A stretch of DNA of 62,978 nucleotides, filler included, from Vannella sp. (taxonomy: Eukaryota): assembly GCA_023345925.1 (NCBI GenBank). It is 9 parts of 9 records of this genome, joined end to end, with 100 filler letters (N's around TTAATTAATTAA, not from the genome) between each part and the next. Parts side by side here need not be neighbours in the genome. Positions count along the whole stretch, not along the records: positions 1 to 11,094 come from JAJQQN010001188.1; positions 11,195 to 15,657 come from JAJQQN010000196.1; 7 more parts are not named here. One strand, 5' to 3'. The position numbers and the translations under genes were made by a program. Position 1 is the stretch's first letter. Every line of letters starts with the position of its first letter. The notes under the pieces were generated by a model. The model was given only the letters and a program-made list of their open reading frames with translations, was not told the origin of the DNA and ran no database searches. Positions 1-11,749 of this stretch are shown here, in pieces.

Positions 1-182
1 CTTCTGTGCGAGTGCCGAGCTGAAAGCGCAACTCCCTGCGCCAGACGGAAGGTTTGAGGGAACTGGACTTAGAAAATTTTTGTCAGACAAAAAAGGTGCG
101 AAAATTTGGGGGTCGTGCCCCGACCGAGTTTCTCTCCTCTCGCTCCTGACTTCGCCAAAATCACTTTCCAGCAACAATTTGG

Positions 183-216
183 ATCAATTCTATCAATTCT
201 ATCAATTCTATCAATT
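183..216. repeat. 9-bp tandem repeat (ATCAATTCT)x~3.8 just upstream of the TRAPPC11 ATG
   Basis: atcaattct atcaattct atcaattct atcaatt is seen directly. Confidence 0.85.
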
Positions 217-238
217 ATATTTTTGGGGCAACGGGTCG

Positions 239-3200
239 ATGGACAAGTACCCTTCGGAGCTACTCGCTGCTCCCATCCCTGTGGTGGCGCTGATGGGGCA
301 GAGCCGCATGCAAGAGCCGATAAAGGAAATCCTCTTGGCTTCCTATCAGATCAAGGCGCTGGCGTACGACTTGACAGATCCAGTCGCGTTCGCCTCTCCC
401 CCGAAGCGCGCAACGTACGATAACTACGTCGCGAAGGGGATTCTGAAGGCCAACTGGATGCACAAGACTGTCAACGTGAATGCTTCAACAGTCGCTCTTC
501 TCATTCCTTGGTGTGATAAGGAGGGACGCGATGAGCGGGGCAAGCCTTGGCATACGCGAGAGCCAGACCTTCTCCAAGCGGTCAATTACATCCTACGCAA
601 CTACCAACATCTCCGCAGTCCCCATCATATCATCTTCATCATCCTGCTAGCTCCTGATCTTGTGCTTGCGGAAACTTCGTGTGTGGAGAAGATCTCCCTC
701 TTCCGCCGTAAGACTGAGCTTAGCGAGCGCTTCTTCTTTGTTATACCGGAGGAGGAGATATCACCAGGCTCTCTATCAGGGTGAGTAGCGGGCCATCCAT
801 CGGGTATGGCTCTCGGGCTAACACTGAGAACAGGCCAGTGGAGGTTCTGAGGGAGCTTTCAAGCAACTACTACCTTGAAGAAGGTCGCAGGCTTAAGCGA
901 GAGAAGGACCTCATCTCTAGAAGGACTCAGCCGCTAGCTTTCGTTCGCCTTCATTGGAAGATTGCCTTCCTGAGCGAGTTCCGCAATGACACTCAAGGCT
1001 CGCTCAAGTACTACACAGCAGCATATGGGTTCTGTCGAGACGTACCGAAGGAGTACCAGGGAGAGGCTAAGATAATCGCAGACTACGCTAATTTCAAGCT
1101 CTGTAAGATCTTCCTTCAGAAGTACAGCTTGACCGAGGTTATCTCGCAGTTTCAGAGGCACGCAAGGTTCTGGAAACAGCCTTCTCCTTATCTTTCGTTG
1201 ACAGCAGAGTCTGAGCATTGGGGTTGGGTGTCTCGGCAGTACCAGGTGCTTGGGGAGATGCTTCTGGACTCTTCCTCCACGGCGTTGTGGGCTGGTACTA
1301 ACCCTGGATATCAACATCCTGCGTATTACTTCCACTGTGCGGCTACTTTTGCGGCTCAGAGGAAGCGGAAAGCGAACTTAGCCATCGAGAGTGTGGACTT
1401 AGAGATGCGAGAGACTTGGAAGTCACTCCCTCCTCTTCAGTTGGCCAAGATTGATCTCACAAGGCAGCAATATGTGGGCCAGATACCCCAGGCCCGTGCA
1501 GACTACGAGGAACCTCACCGCCTCACCTACGAAGAATGGCAACTGGCCCGACGAGCCATTGGAGAGAGCAATGTCCTTCATTCTCGGGCAATCATCGACC
1601 TCCTTCAGAAGGCTCACAGCTTGTATTCTATGAGGATGACAACGGGGCAAGGATCTTGCAAACGCACAAAGCTTTTCCTTCTCTTTGAGATTGCCGAAGA
1701 GTTTTTTGAGGAAGGCTCTTTCGAGAAGGCTAAGGAAATTTACGACGCTCTTTGTACCTCAACATTGCGCACAGAGGATTGGAAGACTCTCTCTACAGCA
1801 GTGTATCAGCGGACACTTGAATGCGCCATGAGGCTTAAATTGACTCAAGACGTCATTAAGTTCAGTCTGCGGCTTTGTAGCCCAGAAACACCTTTAGACC
1901 AGGCTCAAAAGAGGACTCTGCAAACTCAAATGTCCCACACAATCAATCACCTTGGCGAGTTTGATCTGCCTGCGGCAGAGCCTGTCATCATCAACTGCTC
2001 TAGCCCTCGCCACTCGTTGATTCAAGTGAATTGTCAATTTGTGGAACGCAACGTCCGCATTGGAGATCCGCTCCTCATCCGCGTTCAAATTCAATCTTTC
2101 TTCCCACTTCCAATCCATTTCAGGAAGATCGAACTGGGGTTCAGCCATGCAGACTATGATATTGAAGCTGAACATTCTGAAGAGCACAATCTTGAACTCC
2201 TGCCGGGAGAGCCTCGTATTCTTGAGTTCTCAAAGATGGCCAGTGCCCGCTGTGACTTGTCTGTAAGTTAACTTTGAGGCGCTGCAACCCTGATGTATTA
2301 ACGATACGTTCTTCTCTAGTTTGAGTCCATAGAGCTGGAAATGGGACATCCTGATGCTTTGATTCGGTTCCATTGGAATGTTACTGAATGGGAACTTGAT
2401 CCTGAAATTGCTCTCTTAAAGCTTGACCGGGACTTTGTTCAGCGCTCTACCACCTGGTAAGGGAATAGATCATTGAAAGTGAGTTACTCTAACTGGGGGA
2501 CAGTGTCTTAGATCCACAGCCCCGAGTCACCATCGACTTGGAACATCTTCCACCTGCTCTTGTGAACGAGTATTACAGGCTAGTGTTGGTAATCAGCAAT
2601 GAAGGTGCGGAAGCAATGGAGTCTGGTTTTCTCTTCCTTTCAGATCCAGCACAAGCAAACTTGGTCTGCCAGTTCTTCACTGAGGGCTTGGCACCCATTG
2701 TTGATGGGCAAGGCGTAATGGTGCCTAATTTGGAGGCCGGTTGTCAACAACAGGTAGTGATTTTTATCGTATCGCAAGTGGCTGTGAAGATGCAACCAGT
2801 TTCAGTCCTTCTCAAGTACTCAACAAGCCAGTATCAAACCCAAGTTTCGCGCTCCTTTGGGATTCCCATGATTTTGGCTCTTTCGTCTGCGTGTGCGTTC
2901 TTCAGCGACACGTTTTCGCCCTGTATTGAAGTCACTGGAAGTAGTACAACGATCCGCGCGGACCAAACATGGATGATGAGGGTGGAAGTACGCAACCACT
3001 GTCCATATCCTGTCCAAGTGGTCGAGTCTGTTCTGAAATTGAACGAAAACGCGCGCTGCCTTACCTCAACAAGTGGTTTTGTATTCAAAGACGGTGCACC
3101 ACCCCAAGTGCTTCAAGCCCTGGACAAACTAACTTCTTGGTTTAAGATTAGACCCTCACTCTCTGGCACTGACATTAGTATTGGCCAGTTTGAGCTCAAA

Positions 3201-3677
3201 TGGAAGAGAGCACCCCATTCCAAGCAAATGAGCAATTCAGAAGAGGATTACGAAAGGGTGGTTTACAGTCCCACTCTAATTCCGCGTGTCACTGTTGAAA
3301 GAGCGCCCTTCATTACCCGTACAGCTGCTCCACCTGATGCTACTGTGGGAAGTTCACTTCAATGCACTTTAGAAGTCTCCAATATGACCCGCCGAGTGGA
3401 AGAATATTCCCTTCTTGTAACGGAGTCACCAAACTTTCTCTTCTCCGGTACTCGCGCTGCTGACTTCAAGGTGACCCCACTTTCGTCATTCTTCTTCACT
3501 TTCCAGTTGGTTTCCCCCCAGTTGCTTCTGTTTGCTCCTTCTAACTCTGAGGGCAGGCTTATTCCGTTGAAATCTGGGAAAGTGGCGCTTCCTCACTTCC
3601 AAGTGGCTTCCAAACGGTTTGCCCAAACAGGTTCTCAGCCCCGAAAGTACCTTTTTGTGCACCCTCGCCTGGTTTAA
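239..3677 (+). CDS. TRAPPC11: Trafficking protein particle complex subunit 11 (Foie gras/Gryzun), spliced
   Basis: N-terminus MDKYPSELLAAPIPVVAL...PPKRATYDNYVAKGILKANWMHK resembles TRAPPC11, followed by the foie-gras region (WKIAFLSEFRND, EHWGWVSRQYQVLGE). GT-AG introns 781-833, 2263-2319 and 2457-2503 join the ORF pieces in frame. A probable in-frame 51-nt intron lies at 3506-3556 (CTAAC branch point). Confidence 0.9.
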
Positions 3678-3746
3678 ACTCCTTTTCCGTGATTTGAAGT
3701 GAAGGAGGAAGTCTTATCGACTTGCATCAATCGCATTTAATCCAGC

Positions 3747-6700
3747 TTAAAAGGGGAACTTTCCTTGAAGTTGGGGCGAGAGAGATTGCAACGCATCTTG
3801 CATTTGGTTGGGCGACTGGGACTGCATTCTTTGGATCTCCTTGACGATGTCTGTTCTGGTCTGCTCATCAAGAAGGGAAGGATCTTCTATCGCGTTGACA
3901 AGGGCGGAGAGAACGAGAGGAAGATGGCTTCCTGCGGAGGCAGTAAAATGGCAGAGCTGTTTGTAGATGACACCGATTTCGCAGTTGTCATCGTCCTCTG
4001 AAATGGGAGGAGGAAGGAATGATATCCAAGTGGGCAGATGAGAGGCCACGTGGACATTGGCCGAGTGGAACTGGAGGATCTTGCCGATGGCTGAAAGAGC
4101 GTTTTGAGTGACCAAAACATTTTCTTCTTCCCGGCTGTCTTCTGCAGAACTCATCTGGAGCAATGCGGTCAAAGAGTCTTCGAGAACAGGGCTCATAACT
4201 TCGGGATTCTTCTCCGCGAGAGCTCCCAGCGCATAAGCGACTGATTGCCGGACATCATTCGCATCGTGTGACACCAAGGACAAGATCTTTGGCAACCAGG
4301 ATTGGTACACAGGAGTAGCTTGGACGGTGGCAGACTCGACAAGATCACCAAAGTAGCACACACTCACGTTCGTCTCTTGGGAGAGCTCATTCAAACTCTG
4401 TCTTTCAATTGTTAGTACCTAGATAGGTGACAAAGAGAGAAACGCACCAACAGAGTGCCAAAGAAGTTCGTAATGTTGCCAAGGAGAGAGAAAAAGGATT
4501 CTCCTCGGGTCTTCAGCCCTTTCCTGACAATGTTTTCCACCATATCGATGATGTCGTGTTGCGCATCCAGATTCTTATGGCAGTGGCAGTCTTCCTCTTC
4601 ATGGCTGTCATGTTGGTGAGGATTTCGCTGCTTCATGAAGGATTCAAACAGTTTCTCCAAGCTGGCAACGACAGCCTGGACCTCAGGAGTGGTCAAATAG
4701 TTCCCGCCAGTCTCCATAAACTCGTCTAAAACCTCCAAAAGGGAGATGCACCCCACTTCGACTGTCTCTTGGTCAATAGCTCTGATGATTTCCCGAACAG
4801 CTTGGCAGACAAAGCTCTGGGTTTGCGGGCTTTCAAGTCCAGTACATTGCACAACGGAGCGCAAAAGAGAGCGAAGAATGAGAGCAGAACCAGAACGCAC
4901 CAGTTCTTCATGAGGGAATGCCAGTCCGTCCATGCAGATGGGCAGAATCACATCAAAGTGGGGGTAAATCAGTTCAGTAAGCTCACTGGAGAGAACAAAG
5001 AGCCACCCAACTGCTGCAGCTTTCTCCTTGACAACAGCTGAGCTGACTCCCAAGTTGCTCTGATCTGGGTCAAGAAGCTGCCATTCAGCCTCGTCGTTCA
5101 TTTCCTCATCCGTGAGGAACTTCACTTCCACTTGAAGTCCAGCAGAGCGTAGAATGGAAGGGAGAATGGGTTCTAGATAAGGTGCGAACTCGTGCTGAAG
5201 GGCTTTCGCAAAGGATCCCCAAGCACTCTGAAGAAAAGCTTTGCGTGGGTCTTCCGCAGGAAGATTGGATCCTTCAAGCTGCAGAAGGACTTCCATAATC
5301 TCTTGCGAATCAACGCGGAAAACTTCGAGACCCACTGCCGATGCCACAAGTCCAATAGCTGCAATGGACTTTCCTCTTATCTCCAAAGTGTCTACCAATC
5401 CACTGCCAGACAGGAAGGCCTTCATCAGTGGCAGTGTGGCTCCATAAAATGGAATAAAATCAATTTCAATGCAAGCAGCAACCACACCTGTTGCTATGAT
5501 GGCTTGCTCCACAACAATGGACTGATTGGTTTGCATTAACTCAATGAGTCTGCCAAGGAGAGGTTCTGCGTGGGGAAGAACGCACTCTGGGTCAGCATCT
5601 TGCACAAAGTTGATGATTGCAGCAGCTGCAAAGGACTGAACCCGCGGATTAGCGCGGTCATCCATAGCTTGAAGAAGAGAGCCGACGAGTTCCTCGTGGA
5701 AGGTCTTCTGTAAGACTGGCTGAAAGTCACTGCACAAGTGTCCCACTGTCTTACAAGCGGCCCACCGCACTCGCTCATGCGAGTCCTTGAACGATGGAAG
5801 AACCAAAGAAACCACTTCTTCCAGGTTCTGCTCAAAAACTTCCGCGCAGCCTTCTCCAGCTACTCCAATGGCCAACACGGCGGCCATTCTGGTGCGCCAG
5901 GACGAGTTTTTGACCATGGCAGGCAAACAATCCTCTCCCAAAAGGATGTCTGCTACACTGCTGTGCAGGGCTTGTGCCAGCTGGTCGAGGAAACCCCGTG
6001 CTAACTCGCTCTCTTCGTCTTCAAGGTCAAATTCCTCGCCTTTGTTCCACTCCTCGTTGTCCTCTACATCGCCTACCATCGAGAGCAAGAGCTTCACGAG
6101 CTCTTCCAGCTCGGAATGTCGCTTCTGAAGGAACGAAGAGTCACTTTCAGCCAAAGAGAGGATTCTTTCGAGTGCCCAGTGCCTGATAGGTGAGCCACTC
6201 GTTAAGGAAGGTACTCATAAAGAGAAAAGGAGAGAGGAGGGTGCAAGGATATTGCCAGGGAGCGAGCGGTTGGAAGAGGCGGAAAGGCAACTGCCGAGGA
6301 AGGAGTTTTGGAAGTCTGCGGCGATCGCAGGGATTGGTGAGACTTCAGACTCGAGGAGAGCATTGAACACTTCCATTGCGGTCTGTTGTTGGGCGGCCAA
6401 GGTGGATCCCATCCACTGTCCCAGCAATGCCACGAGTTCAGGCCACGGGTTTGCTGAACAAAGGAGGATTTAGGGCCCTACGGTTGCTTAGGATACGTAC
6501 CTTGAAGCACTGATACAGCTACGGACCCAACAAGGTTGTTGAGATGAGCGTGGAGTTCGAGGGGCGGATTGGAAGTCAAAAGATCGATCAAAAGGAGCTT
6601 CAGAGCGTCTCTTGTGGGAGATTGGATGGTCTCCCACACACTATCGACCGTCTGAAGTAAAGACAGTACACAGACGCGCTCCTATCAGCGATGAGACAAA

Positions 6701-6940
6701 GAAAATGCGCTTCCCGACTGGTCAACCCACCGCCAAGGAGATCTGGTCGCTCTTGGCCAAACCACACAAGCACAAGAGGTACTCGTCAGGCATATCACTC
6801 AACATCTCATCCGTCCGCTCCTCTGAACCACTCAAAGCTCCAGTGATGATCCCCCGAAGTTCCTTTTCCATCGAAAGACCAAGAAGAAATGGTTTCCCGC
6901 CCTTTTCCCTTTTTCCCCCCTCTCCAGTGATGCCCTTCAT
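3747..6940 (-). CDS. Importin-beta family HEAT-repeat karyopherin (IPO5/Kap121-like), copy 1, spliced; start at 6940 or 6871
   Basis: Motifs WPELV, RHWALE, LDQLAQAL, SWRTRMAAVLAIGVAGEGC, DSHERVRWAAC, NPRVQSFAAAAIINF, VRQSVAYALG and TQNALSAIGKI. Several short introns, including an AT-AC intron at 6190-6252. Confidence 0.85.
6190..6252 (-). other. U12-type (minor spliceosome) AT-AC intron
   Basis: Minus strand reads ATATCCTT...CTTCCTTAAC (branch site) GAGTGGCTCAC|. Removing it gives in-frame P-G-T-I-R-H-W-A-L-E and removes an in-frame stop. No in-frame GT donor is available in this copy. Confidence 0.88.
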
Positions 6941-7042
6941 ATGATTTGATTTTCTGAATCAAATTGGATTACAGGTGATGCTTAAATGGACTGACTCCGG
7001 AAAAAGTGACTTTGTGATGCGTTGAAGAAGATTTGAAATCTT

Positions 7043-8012
7043 TCAGTGGCGCCAACCTGTTAGTTGTGAGTAGGTGTTCGGAAACTGGGTGGTGGGAGAC
7101 TAGAGTCCAACCTTTCTCATGGCCGTCAGCCATCTGAGGTTCTAAGAAGCCGCGAAAGTGGGTTCCATCCGCTTCCCAACGCGCGCCATAACCTTCTGCG
7201 ATGCGGCACTCAAAGATAGAAACTTCGTGCTGCCAGAGCGTCAGAACCTTCCAAAAGAGGGCGCTCTTGGACTTACAGGAAGTTGGTGAACATTCAGCCA
7301 AACGGCCTCCTCGAGGATCCTTCCAATGACCTCTAAAGCTTCGGCATTCTTCATCTCATTCCCTCCCTGAAGGACAGCTCTGTCAGCAATGAAATGCTCC
7401 TCTTTGGCTGCCAACCTTCATGACTCCCCAGAAGCCATCGGAAGCTCGGTGAGCGTGTTTCGAAAGTGCGCGAGCTCCAACTGTTAGATTGACTCCGGGA
7501 CGGGAGCAGTGGAGTTGCTGGAAGGAAGCCAATAGCTTCTCTCTCAAGGGAGGGAGAATGGGGAGACTCCCTGCTGTATAGCGCATGCGCAATAGTGTTA
7601 ACACAACGCGGTCATCAAGAAGGTTCAAAAACTCCTTCCAAGTTTCCTTTAACTCGCGCGTGGAGGCTTCCAGAAGCGGAAGATCTCGAAAGCAGCGTTG
7701 CAAAAGGGGAAAGTGACTTTGTAACTTCTCATGATGTTCGGTGTACTGCTGCAGACCCTCAAAATTGGACTGATTGAGATAGCTAAGGTTCCCTGTCTGA
7801 TGCCAAACACTGAAAGAGCGCACCAATTCGTGGATCCGAGGCTCTGTAGGAAGCCCAACCGACCTCCAAGAGAGCTCCTCCCATCCCCCGCGGCTCTCAG
7901 ATGCTTCGAGTAAGCTTATTTGCATCTGCTCACTCAGAGAAACCTCCCCAAAGACCCTTCTTTCCAACACCTCCCGAAGGTCCCCCGCCAGCCCTCCCAA
8001 CCCCTCGGCCAT
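7043..8012 (-). CDS. Conserved protein with a GARALSKH...GYGARW...FRGFLEP...GWRH domain (like the C-terminal domain of plant ASCH-domain proteins), 3 introns
   Basis: Introns 7367-7415, 7230-7276 and 7057-7111 give ...LTVGARALSKHAHRASDGFWGVMKGGNEMKNAEALEVIGRILEEAVWLNVHQLPHEVSIFECRIAEGYGARWEADGTHFRGFLEPQMADGHEKGWRH*. The family resemblance is from memory. Confidence 0.75.
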
Positions 8013-8179
8013 CACCAAAATGAAAGTTTTTGTGTTTGGTTGAGACCAAACAAATCAATCTGAAAGAAGAAGAGCGCTGGGAGTCCTTTATTGAAGGGAA
8101 GCAGTTGGATTGGCACCAAAGTCCCTGATCGGTCCCTCCCCTCCCTTCCCCTTCGCTTCTAGTTGGGTTCAAATGAGAG

Positions 8180-11094
8180 TTACGGAAGCAGATGGAGAGG
8201 AAGTGATTGGAGCGCTTCAGCCAATTGGCTGGAGTGTGTCCGGGCATTTTTGATCTTTTCTGCCAACTCTGTTTTGGTAGCTTCGTCAAGGAGGTAAGGA
8301 TCTTGTAAGGCGTTGATAAGGGTTATTAGCATGAGAGGAAGATGATTTGTCACAGGAGTGGGAGTTGAGGTGGCAAAGTGGCAGAGTTGCGTGTAAATGA
8401 CAATGACTTCGCAGTTTTCTTCCTCCTCCGAGATGGGAGGCGGCAGAAGTGAGATCCAAGCAGGCAAGAGACTATTCACATCAACAAAGTCTCCGTGGAA
8501 GTGAAGAATCTTGCCCATTGCAGAGAGTGCGTTTTGAGTTACCAAAGTGTTCTCTCCTTCTCGGCCGTCCTCTGAAGAAGCCAACCGGCTCAATGCAACC
8601 CAAGACTCCTCGAGAACCGGTAGCAAAACCTTAAAATTCATCTCAGCGAGAGCTCCTAGCGCGTATGCAGCTGCTCGGCGCACAGAAACTTCATCATGTG
8701 ACACAATGGAAATCACTTGTGGTAGCCATGATTGGTACACAAGAGCGGATTGGGTGGTAGCGCACTCGACAAGGCCAACAAAAAAGCAGATGCTCTCCTT
8801 CGTTTCCTCCGGGAATTCATCCAAACTCTGTGCAGTAGTGAGAAGAATACGCAGAGATTCGGTCTCACCCAGCTTACCAAAAGACTGCCAAAGAAACTTA
8901 TGATGGGACTAAGGTTGGGATAGAAAGCATCACCGCAGGAGCGAAGTCCTTCAACAGCAATAGCTTCAATTCTCTGTAAGATTTCCCATCGTCCTTCAAG
9001 ATTATCTTCAGCAATAACTGGTTTCTCTTCTTGTATGTCGAGAAGAGCCAGATCTCGCTTCTTCTCAAAGGTTTGAATCAGTTTTCCCAAGAGTGACACA
9101 ACAGCTTGGAGTTCAATAGCACTCAAGCACTTGCCACCGATTTCGATACACTCCAGCAAGTTATCTAAATGGCACACAGATAATTCCTCAGAACCCCCGT
9201 TTGTAATGTAAACAGTCTTGGTGAGTTCGTGAACTGTTGTACAAGCGAATTCTTGAAACAGTAAATTTTCTGATCCAGCGTATTGCAAAGTCAATCGGAG
9301 AAGATCTACCAGTATGCAACCAGAGGAAGTTCGGATCTGCTCTTCGTGGGGAAACGCCAGCCCATTCAGACAAAGCGGGAGAATAGAATTGAAATACGGG
9401 AAGAGCAGCTCCTTCAGTTCACTAGAAAACAAGAACAACTGCTTCATTGCTTCTACCTTCTCCTTGATTATAGCAGTGCTAACTCTCAAGTCTCTCTTTT
9501 CATCCACACACAGCCAGTCCTCCTCATCATTTACCTGGTCGGCAGTCCTCACTTCTACCTTGAGTCCTGCTGAGTGTAAAACAGAGGGTATAACCTCTTT
9601 GAGATAAGGCCCGAACTCTTGCTGTAGGGCTTTCGCCAGAGCTCCCCACGATTCTTGAAGGGAGAGTTTGCGAGGATCGTCCTCAGGAAGGTTAGAGTGG
9701 AGTAGCCCGATGAGGACACTCATTATATCATGAGAATGTGAACGAAAGACTTCGATACCTACTACTGATGCAACAAGGCTGATGGCTTCGATTGCCCTCC
9801 CTCTTATCTTCAAAGTGTCAACTGGGCCATTTCCAGAGAGGTAGGTCTTCATCAGTGGCATAGTTTCTTCATAGTAAGGAATGAAACTTCTCTGGATAGA
9901 GCAGGCCACTCCAGCTATCGCAGTGATAGCCTGCTCCACGACAATTGCTTGGCCACACCTCAATAACTCGATAAGGTTGCGGAGGAGAGGAGCCACATGA
10001 ATAGAAATGATTTCCGGATCAGTATTGTCGCAAAAATTGATGATTGCTGATGCAGCATTGGACTGGACACGCGGATTAGCGCGGTCATCCATAACTTGAA
10101 GAATGGAACCAATGAGCTCCTCGTGAAAGAGTTGCTGCAATACTGGATGAAGATCAGTGGCCAATTGCCCTATTGCTTGACAAGCAGCCCACCGCACTCG
10201 CTCGTGCGGGTCTTGAAGTGAGCGAAGAACCAAAGTGACAACATCTTCAAGGTTTTGCTCAAAAACTGTCGCGCAACCTTCTCCTGCTATTCCTATGGCC
10301 GTTGCCATTGCATATCTGGTGCGCCATGATGAATTTTTGAGCATGGCAGGCAAGCAATCCACTCCTAACAGAATATCTGCCACTGTGCCATTCATCGCTT
10401 GTGCCAGCCGGTCGAGGGAAACGCAACCGATCTCGCTCTCTTCACTTTCCAGGTCAAAATCCTCCCCCTTGTTCCAATTCTCGTTGTCAAGGACATCGGC
10501 TACCATCAAAAGCAGATAATCGACGACCTTCCTCAAGGTAGGAAGCCTATTCTGAAGAAATAAGGGATTGCCCTCGGCCAAAGAGACTATCCGTTCGAGA
10601 GCCCAGTGCCTAACAGGTGAGCTTATCGTTAAGGAAGTCAGTAAGAAGGAAAGGAGGGGAGAGCGAAGAGGATATTGTCTGGAATAGACCGGTTAGTAGC
10701 ATGGTACAAGCAACATTGGAGGACCTCCTCAGCATGGTCTCCAACAATGGAGGGAATGGATTCCCCCGACTGAATAAGCTCGGTGAAAATATTCATCGCA
10801 GCTTGCCGCTGCTCAATAAGGTTGGAGTGCAGCCAATTTCCCAGCAACGAAGTGAGTTCAGACCAAGGATTTACCGAATGTCCTCAAAAAGAGGATGAAT
10901 GGCAGTACGAGTGGATCAAAAAGTAATACCTTCTGCTACTAATAGGGCAAAGATCCCTACAAGTGCATTTACATGCTCATGAAGGTCCAAGGGGAGTTTT
11001 TGGGTCAAGAGATCGACCAACGCAACCTTCAATGAGGCTTTCGTACCTGTCCGGATCTCCTTCCATGTGTCATCGAGCTCAAAAGACTGGATCA
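8180..11094 (-). CDS. Importin-beta family (IPO5/Kap121-like), copy 2, 5'-truncated by contig end
   Basis: Clear paralog of 3747-6940 (SWRTRYAMATAIGIAGEGC, DPHERVRWAAC, NPRVQSNAASAIINF, TQNALSAMGKI), with introns at matching positions. Confidence 0.85.
10617..10675 (-). other. U12-type AT-AC intron (same position as 6190-6252)
   Basis: Minus strand reads ATATCCTC...CTTCCTTAAC GATAAGCTCAC|. Splicing gives P-D-T-V-R-H-W-A-L-E-R in frame. Confidence 0.88.
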
Positions 11095-11194
11095 NNNNNN
11101 NNNNNNNNNNNNNNNNNNNNNNNNNNNNNNNNNNNNNNTTAATTAATTAANNNNNNNNNNNNNNNNNNNNNNNNNNNNNNNNNNNNNNNNNNNN
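11095..11194. other. Artificial contig spacer (44N-TTAATTAATTAA-44N); also at 15658-15757, 21913-22012, 28839-28938, 33296-33395, 40185-40284, 48683-48782, 57083-57182
   Basis: An identical 100-bp linker with stops in all six frames occurs eight times. Confidence 0.98.
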
Positions 11195-11530
11195 GTATTA
11201 AGTGCAAGGAGGGATCTCTCCCTCGCTCAGGGCATCTGTGGGGCTCTTCTGGATGAAAGTTGATCTTGGGAAGCCTTTCCCCTGCTGATCTGTTGGTCTT
11301 GGCAACCACAAAACGGACAAATGTATACTTCTATATCTCTCTCGTGCTTCCACACACCTTTGGTACTGCCAGAGCTGAGCTTGTGCGAAAGGTTCGGAAA
11401 AGGGCCAGCAGAAGGGGCTGATTACCAGTGGCCTCCAACACACCAAGTTACACCAAACAAAGTAGTTCCTTCTCTTCAATCCGTTCCTGTGCGAGCAAGT
11501 CCTGCTCCTAAAGGGCTGGATTCCAGAAGG

Positions 11531-11559
11531 CTAACCCTAACCCCTAAACCCTAAACCCT
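11531..11559 (+). repeat. Interstitial telomere-like tract CTAACCCTAACCCCTAAACCCTAAACCCT (mixed TTAGGG/TTTAGGG on the minus strand)
   Basis: Seen directly; it gives four G-tracts on the minus strand. Confidence 0.8.
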
Positions 11560-11749
11560 TCGGTAGAAAGTTCCCAAAAAGAACGGTATCTTGCCTGATA
11601 GAGTGGATCTCAATCGGTCGCAAGCGGACTGTCAGAGTCAGGGATTGAAAGGGTCCATGGGAAGTTTGCTGTTGGGGGAAAGGCTCGGAGAGGGAGCTTT
11701 CATTGCGTTCTGGTGAATAATGTTGCTTGTTAGCATTAGAATGAAGTTT

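Noticed and set aside
781..2537. Apparent frameshifts or stop read-through splitting TRAPPC11 and other genes (possible pseudogenes or alternative genetic code)
   Set aside because: These breaks are resolved by short introns with canonical signals. The standard code fits, with TAA, TAG and TGA all used as stops.
11095..11194. Recurrent TTAATTAATTAA palindrome flanked by N runs (8 times)
   Set aside because: Artificial contig linker. Gene adjacency across these spacers has no biological meaning, and ORFs ending in XXX-LIN are artefacts.
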